A DNA stretch of 64,000 nt from Eledone cirrhosa (taxonomy: Eukaryota). Positions within the stretch are counted from its first letter, which is position 1; each line of letters starts with the position of its first letter. The stretch lies in the NCBI GenBank assembly GCA_964016885.1, contig OZ024755.1, forward strand, positions 23,870,001 to 23,934,000, written 5' to 3'. Below, one piece after another: positions 26,478 through 39,645 of the stretch. The position numbers and the translations under genes were made by a program. Below the pieces are notes generated by a model. The model did not search any database. It saw only the letters and a list, made by a program, of their open reading frames with translations, and was not told the origin of the DNA.

Positions 26478-27340
26478 TAATGATAGTGATGATGATGATG
26501 ATGATGATGATGGTGGTGATGATGGTGCTGGTGGTGATGGTGATGATGATGATGGTGGTGGTGATGGTGGTGGTGGTGGTGATGGTGGTGGTGATGATGA
26601 TGGTGGTAGTGATGATGATGGTGGTAGTGATGATGATGGTGGTGGTGGTGATGGTGGTGGTGGTGGTGATGGTGGTGGTGATGGTGATGGTGGTGGTGGT
26701 GATGGTGGTGGTGGTGGTGATGGTGGTGGTGGTGGTGATGGTGGTGGTGGTGGTGATGGTGATGGTGGTGATGATGATGGTGGTGGTGGTGATGGTGGTG
26801 GTGATGGTGATGGTGGTGGTGGTTATGGTGGTGGTGATAATGGTGGTGGTGGTGGTTATGGTGGTGGTGATAATGATGGTGGTGGTGGTGGTGATAATGA
26901 TGATGGTGGTGGTGGTGGTGATAATGATGATGGTGGTGGTGGTGATAATGATGATGGTGGTGGTGGCGATGATGATGGTAATAATGATGATGATGGTAAT
27001 GATGATGATGTTGATGAGAATGAGTGAAGGAGTAGGTAGATTGTGATAATAATGATGATGATGAAGATGAAGATGAAGATGATGATGGTGATGGTGATGG
27101 CGATGATGATAATGATAATGATAATGATGATGGTGATGATGCTAATAATGGTGATGGTGATGATGATAATAATGGTGATGATGCTAATGATGGTGATGAT
27201 GACAGTGATAATGTTAATGTTGGTGATGATGATGAAGATGAGAACGAGTGAAAGAGTAGGTAGATTGTGATGATGATGATGATGATGATGACGACGACGA
27301 TAGTTTCAGAATGATGATGATGATGATGATGATGATGATT
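26478..27340. repeat. Compound (GAT)/(GGT) trinucleotide repeat
   Basis: About 860 bp with two copies of the spacer GAGAA.GAGTGAA.GAGTAGGTAGATTGTGAT. Confidence 0.95.
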
Positions 27341-27681
27341 GTAGAGGAGAATATCAGTTATAAGATATGACACAGAGGAGGAGGAGGGAGAAGGGGAGGG
27401 AGTAGAGTGAAGAAAGTAAAAAGGAAGATGAGACACTTTTGCATACACTAATAAAACCTGCAAACACAAACAAACATGCACAAACACACAGACACACGCA
27501 CATACACGCATACATAATTTTCCCCTTTCAATCATACACACGTGCAAATACTTAGTTGCAAGCACATATCCAGTAAAGGCTATGACGACTAATTTCTTTA
27601 AAAGATAGCATGAATCCAATTACATAACTTGATACACACACACATGTAAAAGGAAAATATTAAAACGAAATTATATGTATC

Positions 27682-27742
<61 letters not shown>

Positions 27743-28279
27743 CGAAGGAAATGTGGTAAGGAACCAGATGGACCATAACGCACCAGAGTACTCAATACTT
27801 TTGGTAGTAGAGTGGGTAATAGGAAAAAGTATGAACCCTGACGGCAGAGCTCAAGCCGTTTCGATGGCTATTTCTATATATATATGATGGCTGCCCCTTT
27901 GTTATCGAGTATGGCCATTGCACGATATACCATTATTATTAATAATTATCAATTAATTCTATCGTGCAATGCCTGTGCGTGAAGATATTTTAAAGTGAGG
28001 AAAGACTGTGCACTGAGCCAATCCCACTCTCTGAGCGACAGTAGCTATAACCCGTATGTATATGCGCGGGGACATAGAAATAGTTGGGCTGGACACCCGA
28101 TTGCGCAATTAAACCACTGGGAAAGAAGGACCCCTAGCCTTTGTCAGGGCTTTCTTCTAGGAGAAGGCAACTGGGATAACTCCGATATATATATATATGA
28201 GCACACAACACACACACAGAAACAAGATGGCGTAGGACAGAACAAAGGAGAGGCACAAAAACAAAGAAAAGAATACCCA

Positions 28280-28322
28280 GTCACTGAAGAGGTCACAGAA
28301 TGTGTGACGAAAGAACTTTGAC
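28280..28322 (+). ncRNA. Minimal type I hammerhead in PLE-derived element 28190-28476 (family C)
   Basis: GTCA CTGAAGA G GTCACA GAATG TGTGAC GAAA GAAC TT TGAC; partial copies at 35090-35628 and 37195-37445. Confidence 0.7.
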
Positions 28323-28486
28323 AATATATAAACAACCATCTGGTTGTGGAACCAACCAACCAACCGGAAATTTATAAATTCCTAAATTTATAAATTTATT
28401 ATAATAAATTGAAGTGAAAGCAACTGGTGTGTGTGTGTTTCTTATTGGCAACATGACCCTCCCAAAGTATAACAATATATATATAT

Positions 28487-28668
28487 ATTTGTTTCTACTT
28501 TAGGCACAAGGCCAGCAATTACCCAGTTCATTACTGGTACTTTATTTTATCGACCCCGTAAGGATGAAAGGCAAAGTCAACCTCGGCGGGATTTGAACTC
28601 AGATCGTAAAGGGACGTAACTATGCTGGAAAGCATGGCGTCCGACCCTCTACCGATACTGCCAATCCA
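28487..28668 (-). mobile_element. SINE family 1, young copy
   Basis: Close to consensus; further minus-strand copies at 33745-33922, 53030-53435, 56304-56490, 57440-57590, 61416-61612, 62033-62145. Confidence 0.9.
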
Positions 28669-28671
28669 ATA

Positions 28672-28732
<61 letters not shown>

Positions 28733-28817
28733 ATGTATACATATATATATATATATGTATACATACACACACATATATATACACACACATATACACATAT
28801 ATATATACACACACACG

Positions 28818-28853
<36 letters not shown>

Positions 28854-29305
28854 TACACATATGCACACACAACACACATATACATACCCATGCAAGCGTG
28901 GAAGATGGACGTTAAACGATGATGATGATGATGATGTTGTTCAGATCTAGCTGTCGAAATGGCCGGAGCTCAGCCGTCGAGGTCCTGAATCTTTTCATAT
29001 ACATATATATGTATGTATGTAAATATATATATATATATACACATACACACATATATATATATATATGAATGATAGGATTATGTTTCTCAGTATATAAATA
29101 TATATATATATATAAAATTGTATCCAAGAAAAGTCTGATACAACACCATGGAGAAATAGATTTACACATTTAATCTTTACTTTCACCCACGCAAATGGCA
29201 TTAAATAGATTCAAAATAAAAAATATATAAACACTATATCATATCTATAAAATCTGGTATATTTGAATGAATAATATATATATTTATGTAACTATACACG
29301 CGCAC

Positions 29306-29343
<38 letters not shown>

Positions 29344-29525
29344 CATATATATACGGACATACATATATATATATATTTATTTTCATATTTATTATTAGTA
29401 CAGATTAAAGTTTAAACTTTAATCTGTACTAATAAGAGAGATTTACTCTTCGGGTTTATACACACTTATATATATATACAATCCTTATCGAGCCCTCTTC
29501 ATATTTTGGTCTTCATATTTATTAT

Positions 29526-29570
<45 letters not shown>

Positions 29571-29788
29571 TATATTAAGAGGTGCGTTAGTAGCCAAACT
29601 GTACAATAAAGTTATATCTGTATATATAGAGATTGGGTAACCAAGACTGCACCCCTGTGTATATAAATATACACATATTTAATATGTAGGTATGTAAACC
29701 TATCAGAAGATACAAATTTCCCTGTAAATTGGATAAATAATAAACACCTTTAATCAATCTTAGGCCCTAATTGGGACCTCGTCAGAAA

Positions 29789-29977
29789 CAATGCCAGATT
29801 TAGGATTAATGAGGCCCTGTGCTAGTTATGTTATGAGGTCTCTTACTTGAGCTCTGTAGGAAGTAAATCATCCCCCCAAAAATTTTTGTTTTTTGAGGGG
29901 GGCATGAAGATTGGCCCTCCTAGCCAATGGGGCCCTGCCCTGAAGCACACCTAAGCAAAATGGTAAATCCGGCACTG
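29789..29977. mobile_element. hAT-like MITE
   Basis: TIRs CAATGCCAGATTTA / TAAATCCGGCACTG; degenerate 8-bp TSD. Confidence 0.65.
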
Positions 29978-29994
29978 ATCAGGAGGCATGTATA

Positions 29995-30230
29995 CTAATG
30001 AAACAACCACAAAGAAACATGTATTTGACTTCCTAGAAACTGTTCAGAGACATGCAACCAAGTGAATACCCTCCATCAGGCATCTACCATACTCTGAACG
30101 CCTTGCTTCCCAAGACATGGATACATTGAAGTTCCGACGTCTGGCAACTGACTTGGAAAACACCCACAAAATTATTAACCATCTTGCTAACAATAACCCC
30201 AAGCACTTTTCTGAATTCCATACGTCAGCA
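29995..30230 (+). mobile_element. CR1/L2-group LINE 3' ORF fragment
   Basis: LETVQRHATK*IPSIRHLPYSERLAS.DMDTLKFRRLATDL. Confidence 0.8.
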
Positions 30231-31918
30231 TGACCACCTTACAGGGTGAACTGGTTGATAAATAAATAAAATTATTAAATATTATATCACATGTTACCAG
30301 TCATGTATCATGAAATTGTATGCAGAGTTGTCAGATCTCAAATATACTTCAGAGCCAAATATTTGTAAAAATTGATCACTTTTGACTTTATTTTGCAACA
30401 CCGTGTAGAAACCTTTAAGGTAAGATGTAATTTGAGGGAGATTTAGCTGCTATTTCTAACTAGATGAGTGACCACGTAGTTGCTCTCTTAGCTTGTAGAA
30501 AGATTCTTTAATAACAGTGAGTACTACTCATACTTTACAAATTAATGAGTAAAAGACAAAAGAAGACAAATTGGTTTTATTTAACTCATACTGTAATATT
30601 TACGGTATTAACACTTTTGTTATCATATTTCTGATAAAATACTTTATATTTTAACTAATTAATGAAAAATTTTGGAAGTATTTATTATAATTTTTATTTC
30701 ATTAAGATGGTATTTTTAACATAAAATGTTTTTATATAAAATTATCTTGGATGGTTTAAAGTAGGAGTCCTTTAACCCTTTAGCATTTAAACTGGCCATA
30801 TCCGGCCAGAATTCTGTTACATTAGTCTATGTACTATACATGCACCTTTGATGAGTTGTAGTGCACCTGAGCACTGTACACAATAATTTCATTATTATTA
30901 TTTTATTCATTTGTTCTTAGTATTATTCTGAAATAGACGTACTAATTTGCATACAATTAACACATGTGGTGCTTATTAATTAAGATATATATTAAGATGA
31001 TGTGTAAGAAGGTTGACAGCTGCATATAAAGGTGCAGAGCACTAGAAGTCAATGGAAACCGCGGAGTGAGGAGACCCAAGAAGACCTGATTCTCTCCCAA
31101 TAGGTCAGACTGTACTACCCATGCTAATGTGGAAGATAGATGTTAAATGATGATGACGATGATAAAATCATCTATATTATTTCTCTCTCTCGCTCCATCC
31201 AACAATTCATTCATATAGCTTTCTCTCTTAATTTACCTATCTATCTAGCTACCTAGCTGTCAATCTATCTGTCTTCTTAACTATTCATCTCTCTCTGTCT
31301 GTATGTCTAACAAATGTCTCTAGTTTTGGATACAAACAAAAATAAAAACTAACCATAAATCTCAACAGCATTCCAAAGATAAATAGAACAAATGCCACAT
31401 ATAGTGACACATTCTACAGTGAAAACCTGGTGCAGTCTGTGACTAACCCTGGCTGAAGAGGGCAAACGCTCCAAATATTGGTTGCTCTCTGACAGGTTTG
31501 CAGTCAAGCCTGTAGCAGTGGAGACTTCTGGTGTCCTACTCATCAGCACAGAGTTGGCTACCCACAGGGTAGAAGCAGAAGAAATTCATGGTACAACTGT
31601 AATGGTGTATATTTCAGTGTATGGTATATAAACCCCTCAAGTATCTATTTTCTTGTGGTTGTTTAGATAATATACATACTCTCTGATGAGAACCCATCTA
31701 GGTTAAACAATCAATTAACTCTTCAAGGTGGTGCTCCAGCATGGCAGTAGACTAATGATTGAAGCCAGTAAAAGAATAAAAGAACATACATACATTCATA
31801 AATATATATACATTATTTTATTCTTTGTTATGTTATTTTATACTTTTTTATGTTTTATTGTAGTCTATTGATTTTACAATTTTGACCTTATTCTAATTTA
31901 TTTTAAGTTAGTCTATCC

Positions 31919-32307
31919 CATTGTTTCCCAAAGTGGGCGCAGCTTTGATATGGGGGGGGGGGGGGCAGTGTAGTATTAAAAAAAAGAAAAAACAAGCTAT
32001 TTATTGTTTAAATTTTAAACAATAAATAGCTTCTTTTTTTCTTTTTTTTACAAAATCTGAATGACAAAATATATGTCATAGACTCAGTCACTAAGGTAGA
32101 AGAAGTATTGGGGGTAATTGTGAAGACCAAATAAAGATGTTTATTAAATTAATTATTATTTTTGAAATACATATTTTGTGTTTAATATTGTTGTTTTCAA
32201 TTTGAAACAAAAAAAAAATGCTTCCATGTGTATATTGGGAGAGGGGGCGCTAGGAATGTATCTGGAAGCCAAGGGGGCGCCAACCTGAAAAAGTTTGGGA
32301 AACTCCG
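31919..32307. mobile_element. hAT (Charlie-like) MITE
   Basis: TIRs CATTGTTTCCCAAA / TTTGGGAAACTCCG; TSD GTCTATCC / GTCTATCG. Confidence 0.8.
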
Positions 32308-33067
32308 GTCTATCGTTCACATCATTTAATAGATTTTATCTCTTACTTGTAATATCTTATAAGTTAGACATAGTGGCTCTTGGGATGTGTGACAATACCA
32401 ATAATATGCATGGAGTCATTTTATTCACTGACAGGGTGGTGTGTGCATGTACTTATGCAAGTGTGCACTCTACTCTAATTGTTGCTACACATCTTGGGGG
32501 TTGTGATAGGATACACATTATCAAATCGATTGCTTTTGGTGTTTGTTTCCAGCAAGTTGTGGGTAACATTCTGTAATCTAAGCTTCACCCTGGATATTCC
32601 CATTTATATTGCAAGATGCTAACTCTGACACAATTTGCTCATTGAGTGCTTGAATCGTCTTGGTTGTTTTAGCCACAGGAATCTACCCCAAGAAGTTGTA
32701 TTACAATATTAACTTGATAAGGGTGGAACAGGGCTTATGTGCTTTCACCTAGACACCTTATAGCCCTGTTTTATAGAGATACATACTAAATTCTCTATTT
32801 GTCATACTCTAATTTTATTTATTTCTAACCATGCATGGAGCCCATCATTTATGTGGAGATAATGACCATCTATACATGAAGAGAGCAAATGGAGGAAGGG
32901 GATAGATATATCGATATATATAGTGTTTTCAAATGTTATAGATTTAATATATAGATTTAAGTTGAACTTAAATTATTTAGCTTTACTGATGTTTCATATT
33001 GTTTATCTTAAGAAATAATTAAATTTAATAGATAAGTGAATAGTTTCCACTGAGTAATGATATGATA

Positions 33068-33417
33068 ATGACTGAGTTGATCCAAGAAACTGAGATGATC
33101 CAAGAAACCGAGATGATCCAAGAAACTGATATGATCGAAGAAACTGAATTGATCGGAGAAACTGAGTTGATCGAAGAAAATGACTTGATCGAAGAAACTG
33201 AGTTGATTGAAGAAACTGAGTTGATCGAAGAAACTGAGTTGATCGAAGAAACTGAGTCGATCGAAGAAACTGAGTCGATCCAAGAAACTGAGTCGATCCA
33301 AGAAACTGAGATGATCCAAGAAACTGAGTTGATCCAAGAAACTGAGTTGATCCAAGAAACCTAGATGATCCAAGAAACTTAGATGATCCAAGAAACTGAG
33401 TTGATCCAAGAAACTAC
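33068..33417. repeat. 18-bp minisatellite, about 19 copies
   Basis: Unit AAGAAACTGAGTTGATC(C/G); translates as (ETELIQ)n on plus and (LSFLDQ)n on minus. Confidence 0.95.
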
Positions 33418-35378
33418 AAAGGCAGTTTGTTGTCATAGTAACTGATATGGAGGAGCTTTTATTTCAACATCTCAATTACTCTAAAAGTAATGTGAAACTC
33501 TTAGGTGAAATGGCAAAGGATTAAATACATAAATATTCAGTCTGCACTATAATGTGGTTGGTGTTAGAAAAAGTCGCCAGCTGTGGTTCTATAGATTCTA
33601 AGTTCAAATCCTGCTGTGGTTAACTTTACTTTTCACCCATCTGGGAGTTGATAAAATAAACTACCAGATAAGTACTGCTCTGCCCTCAAATTCGCTGACT
33701 TTATGCCTACATTAGAAATCAATATTGATTTCTTATATTAAAATAATTGTTTCTACTTTTGACACAAGGCCAGAAATTACCCAGTACATTACTGGTACTT
33801 TATTTTATCGACCCCGAAAGGATGAAAGGCAAAGTTAACCTCGGCAGGATTTGAACTCAGTCCGTAAAGGTACGTAACTATGCTGGAAAGCATGGCGTCC
33901 GACTCTCTACCGATACTGCCAAATAATGCTACAATTACGGAGGGGAGTAGTTGATTAAATCAATACACCAGGATATGCCTGGTACTCACTTTACCAACAT
34001 GGAAGAATAGAAGAGACATTCTTGCAAAATTTGAACTAAAAAAAAAACAACTGAAACAACACTATCACATTTCTGCAGAAACATTTTCATAATGCTTCTT
34101 CTTTGCCCACTTATTTGGAAGAAGGTTGTGGGGACAGAGTCCTCAAACACGCTTTCCGGCAGGTCCTGTCAGAAGTAACCATCTTCAACTGATCCTGCTG
34201 GATCCCCAAAGTGAGACCAGCCAAGCTCATAGATGTTATCCAACCATTTTGCTTGGGGTCTACCTCTGAGCCTCCTACCTCGGTCTCCTACCTGTTGGTT
34301 TTGCATGTACAATCTGTCCAGTGATTCTTTCTTGAGACATTCTAAGCACATACCCATAGTTTCAGAACTGTGATCTCTCAATTCGAAGAAGTAGCAGCTC
34401 TACCTGGAGCAACTCTTTGATCTCCGAGCTCCATTCACTATTGAGTAACATTACTCCAAAGATCCTTCATGGAACCCCATTTCGACTGCTTGAATTTGCG
34501 ATCATATTCTTTCAGTCATTAAGTTCTATAAACTATATATTGTCAAACTAGATACTAATTGACAATAGCTATAGAATAAGAATAGCAATTTTTCCTCAAC
34601 ATGGTGGAATATCTCAAATCATATAAAGAAGTTAAAAAGGAAATGAACTGGCAAAATTTAAATGGTCTTTCTATAGGATGTATCAATTTATCTATTTTTC
34701 TTTGAAATTATCAGGATGCTGTCAGGAATACTTTGATATTTTGATCTTACTTCAAACTTAAAATACGATGTGATCGGTTGTTTAAAGCTAGTTATAGTTC
34801 AATAGAGTAATTTGACTTTCAAGCAGCTGGATGATTAAAAGGCAACATAAACATAATATACAAGCTATTGATGTATGATAAAAGCAAAGATAGATGATGT
34901 ATGATAAAAGCAAAGGTAGACTAAGCATAATATATTGGGCAATATATTATTAAGTGAAACATCGTAAATGTATGATAATGTAAAACAACACTTAACAAAA
35001 CATAATTTACAATATTATAGATAATTCGAGGAAGGAGGAGAAAATCTGAAAGGTTGAGTGAAGAGATGTATATATATATATATATATATATTGTTCTACT
35101 TTGGGAGGGTCATGTTGCCAATAAGCGCACCAGTTGCTTTCACTTCAATTTATTATAATAAATTTATAATAAATTTATAAATTTCTGGTTGGTTGGTTCC
35201 ACAACCAGATGGTTGTGGAACCAACCAACCAGAAATTTATAAATTTATTATAAATTGAAGTGAAAGCAACTGGTGCGTGTGTTTCTTATTGGCAACATGA
35301 CCCTCCCAAAGTATAACAATATCGGTTTCAACACACAATTTCAGATAAAGAATCTTGCTAAACAAATTCAGAAACGAA

Positions 35379-35409
<31 letters not shown>

Positions 35410-35620
35410 CATCTCTTCACTCAACCTTTCAGATATTGCTATACTTTGGGAGGGTCATGTTGCCAATAAAAACACAGAATGTGTGACGAAAGAGCTTTGA
35501 CAATATATAAACAACCTTCTGGTTATTGAACCAACCAACCAACCGGAAATTTATGATAAATTGAAGTGAAAACCAACAGGTGGGTGTGTTTTTATTGGCA
35601 ACATGACCCTTCTAAAGTAT

Positions 35621-35677
<57 letters not shown>

Positions 35678-35684
<7 letters not shown>

Positions 35685-36180
35685 AATGAATAATAACAGG
35701 TAGACATCATAAAAAGGTAATTTATTCCGTGTGCTTACAAGTGTTTCCACGGTGGTACATCTATGAACCTGCCCTCTGGGGCAATAAATAATTCCGACCT
35801 CAACTATCTACGCATCTCTCCAAAAGTAACTAATAAAACCCCTACCATAACATTTTGATTAAGATATCTACAAGCCACTCTCTCCTACTTCTCCAACCCC
35901 TGCATATCTTTCCTTCTCTCTCCTTCTTCCCTACTTTTCTCTCTTCCTGTTCCACTCTATCTTCCCCAACAACCCCACTTAAGGGATTTTACATTGTACA
36001 TTTACCATTCTGCTCTGAGGAAACAGTAGTCACAGCATTGGATATTCGAGTTCTGCAAATACTTGTGAATTTGCACGTAGCGGAACTAGGCTGCAGTACC
36101 ACCGTGGAAACACTTGTAAGCACACGGAATAAATTACCTTTTTATGATGTCTACCTGTTATTATTCATTCTTTATATACA
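35678..36180. mobile_element. PLE fragment with inverted partial pLTR (family D)
   Basis: 35678-35758 is the reverse complement of about 36096-36178; contains a hammerhead motif. Confidence 0.7.
36011..36122 (+). ncRNA. Type I hammerhead with ~85-nt stem II region
   Basis: TGCT CTGAGGA [long imperfect stem including AGTTCTGC/GCGGAACT and CAGC/GCTG] GAAA CACTTG TA AGCA. Confidence 0.65.
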
Positions 36181-36552
36181 CTCCGGAATACTGAAGGACC
36201 AGGAACTAAGTTTCTTGAACAATTCTTCCATAACTCGTAGAGTAACCTCTTACCGTACGTCAACCATATCCAGTGTAGTAATTAACCATCACTACATCTT
36301 GGATAATCCTATACCTAATATATATATATATATATATAAATATATATATATAAATAATATTAAGGATACTATCTATAGTTATGTATTATACACAACCATA
36401 AACAGGTAAGGTCAGTAATTTATTACTACCTTATTACCAGTAAGATAAATAGCTCAATGTCGTATCCATCACACACTGTTGTCCACAATATGTATCTGTA
36501 TGACCCTTCAGCAGAATAGGAGGCTGATTATATGTAAAAACATTATTAATAA

Positions 36553-36599
36553 TGCTCCGAAGACTCCAAGCCTAGGCTTGGAAGAAACAATTGTCAGCA
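36553..36599 (+). ncRNA. Hammerhead motif with CCGAAGA core (family E)
   Basis: TGCT CCGAAGA C TCCAAGCCTAGGCTTGGA A GAAA CAATTG TC AGCA; palindromic stems II and III. Confidence 0.65.
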
Positions 36600-36666
36600 A
36601 TTAAATGTTCTAACATAGCTTTGATTCTTGTGTATTCTATATATATATATATATTGTTATACTTTG

Positions 36667-36729
<63 letters not shown>

Positions 36730-36735
36730 AAGTAT

Positions 36736-36796
<61 letters not shown>

Positions 36797-37085
36797 GAAT
36801 ACACAAGAATCAATATATATATATATATATATGGAGGAGGTTATAGTTCACTTGAAGCATTGTGTAATGAGGTATAAACGTTTGTATATGTATAATAAAG
36901 CCAAAACAATGCAGGTATGGACATAGAATAAAGAATGCAAATGCAAAAGATATTGTTGACAATTAGTCTTTTACTTTAGATTTATTTAAATGTCCTTAAT
37001 TTTTGAGATAATATCTCTTCTTTGGAGGGAAGTAAAGTGGTTAAACCAGTGTTCTAAATAGCTATTTAGAACACTGGTTTAACCG

Positions 37086-37123
<38 letters not shown>

Positions 37124-37131
37124 ATACTTTG

Positions 37132-37162
<31 letters not shown>

Positions 37163-37170
37163 ATACTTTG

Positions 37171-37201
<31 letters not shown>

Positions 37202-39256
37202 ATACTTTGGGAGGGTCATGTTGCCAGTAAAAACACATGCACCTGTGGTTTTCACTTCAATTTATTATAAATTTCCGGTTGGTTGGTTGGTTCAATAACC
37301 GGAAGGTTGTTTATATATTGTCAAAGCGTCACACATTCTGTGTTTTTATTGGCAACATGACCCTCCCAAAGTCTAGCAATATCTGTTTCTATCACATGTT
37401 TTCAGATAAGAAATCTCGCAAAACAAATTCAAAAACGAATTATATATATAGAAACAGGTGTAGAAATTAAACAAATAAATTGGTCTTCATTTTAAATACA
37501 CATACAAATATATATATGTGTATGTAAAAGGTAAACAGAAATAAGATAACAAATGGCACAGTACATGAAAGAAATATATTAGTTTAATGCTTGAAATAGA
37601 AGGAAGAGAGTCTTAATGTTTCTGACACTAGTCCTTCATCAAGTAGTGGCACTGTGTTGGTTACAACATCAAGTATTCCTGTTGATACGACCAGCAAAAC
37701 CAACACCCAGCTCATGAAATTAACGTTCAAGTGGCTGAGTATTCATTCCACAAACACATGTGCCTTTAACGTAGTTCTCAGGTAGATTCAGTAGGACAAG
37801 GCTGGATCTTCGAACTACAGGTACAACCCATTTTTGCCAGCTGAGTGAACTGGAGCATACATATAATAAAGTGTCTTGCTCAAGGATACAATCTGCCACT
37901 GGGAATCAAACTCACAACCTTACGATTATGAGCCGAATACTCTAACCACAAAGCCACATGAACTGAGTGAGACATGAGGTGACAACAGATGACAGTAAAA
38001 GGCAGGCCTGAGGGAAGTGTTGATTGAATGTACAAACTCGGGAAAGAGTAGAGTAGTTGGTGGCATGTATAACAAGACATGCAGTGAGATTAGGTGTCGT
38101 CCCACGGGTAAAAGCGCTAAAGCTGAAGCATATAGACAATATGCCCCCACCCTTCCCACTGCAAAGTGATTGTGGAGGTGTCATGAAAAAAAGTATCCAG
38201 TCGTCACTGTAGAGTGGTTGTGTAGTCACCACGGTAAAAAAGCACCAAGTACTCACTGTAAATGAGGTTGGTATTAGGAAGGGTATCCAGCTGTAGAAAT
38301 CAAGCCAATATCAGTTCCTGTATGAGCAAGACATGGTCATCCAACCTGGCATTGGCCATAACAGGACAACCCATCAAACCCATGGTAGCGTGGAGACATC
38401 AACTTAAAACGGTGATGATGATGATGGAGGAGTTGTACAAAGTGGCATGGAGTTTGAGGCAGAAAGTAGGTTGTGTGATGTGATAATGGAGACAATAGTC
38501 CATGAAGATGTGACTGAAGTATCAGGGTTTTTAAGAGGCGCAGGGAGAGAGATAAAGGTAGTTGTAGGCTGCTAGAAATAAAGGGGCCAGGGAAAATGTG
38601 TTTGATAGTAGATATGTAGTGTTGAGGAAAGAATGGAGACTTTGTATGATGGTGTAATGGAGAAGTGTGGAATTAGAGAGGAGAGTGCAAGTGAGGGGGT
38701 GAAGTAGAAAGAATAAGTGTAAGGAGAAGACTGTTATGGGAAACAGTGAGGAAAAGGATGAGTGGATAGAGATTTAAGGAAAAGGAAGGGAAGAGAAAAA
38801 TATAAAGAAAAACATGCAGGACACGGAAAATTCAGGTGATAAAAATCAATAGTGAAATAATTCATAGCACTTAATCTGAGATGCAGGGAACTTCTGGGGA
38901 TCCAAGACTATAAATAATCCAAGGGCTGATAATATTAGGACAGACAGAAAGTCATGTGAGCATGTATAAAGTAGAGAGTGATGTAACAGGAAAACAAAAC
39001 CCACAAAATATAAGATGGTGAGAATATTAAGTTAATGTTCAAGAAAAAAAAGTGAGTACATAATGTTTCAGACTAAGTCATTCTTCAGAAATGTGGGGGA
39101 AGTAAAAAAAATATGCATGAAATCAAGAGAGAAAGATGAAAAAAAAGGAGAGTGAAAAGAAACAAGTGAACTTGATTTTAAAGGGGAGGTAAGTGTGATA
39201 TAAGGCTTTCTTTATTAACCACAGAGGGTTTTAAGTGTGATATAATAAGAAGGTGA

Positions 39257-39645
39257 AGGCATGTGGCTGAGTGGTTAGAGAATTGGATTCACAATTGTGA
39301 GGTTGTGAGTTTGATTCCAGGAGCGTCCACACTGCAGCCATGGGAGTATCAATAAGATTGACAGGAAATTGCTAATCCTATCACCACCACAAGCAACAGT
39401 TATGTGCTACAAAACAGCCAAAAGCTGAAAGCTACAAGCCACAAAGCTACAGAACACCAAGAGAAAACACCATGCCTGGAGATAGACACAGAGGTTGATG
39501 TCAGAAAGGAGGGACTTCCTCAAGACCGGCATTGACAGTCATATCTGTGAATATTGAAGGGTTCTCCTCTGCAAAACAAAACATCTTAGGTGACCTGTGC
39601 AGCAAGCAGCACTGTGATGTTCTCTGCTTCGAAAAGACACACATA
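39257..39645 (+). mobile_element. tRNA-like head followed by the N-terminus of an Ingi/Vingi-type APE endonuclease
   Basis: A/B boxes at 39257-39320; 39523-39643 reads RPALTVISVNIEGFSSAKQNILGDLCSKQHCDVLCFEKTH. Confidence 0.7.

Noticed and set aside
26477-27619. 380-aa His/Ser-rich ORF and the opposite-strand Met/Val-rich ORFs
   Set aside because: Read-through of a (CAC/CAT)n microsatellite, with no domain or splice support
33068-33417. CRISPR-like periodicity
   Set aside because: Contiguous tandem units with no unique spacers, in eukaryotic context
39055-39095. Minus-strand CTGAAGA...GAAA motif (similar ones at 37610-37645, 31683 and 44557)
   Set aside because: Stem I does not pair or the core is mutated; at best decayed ribozyme relics
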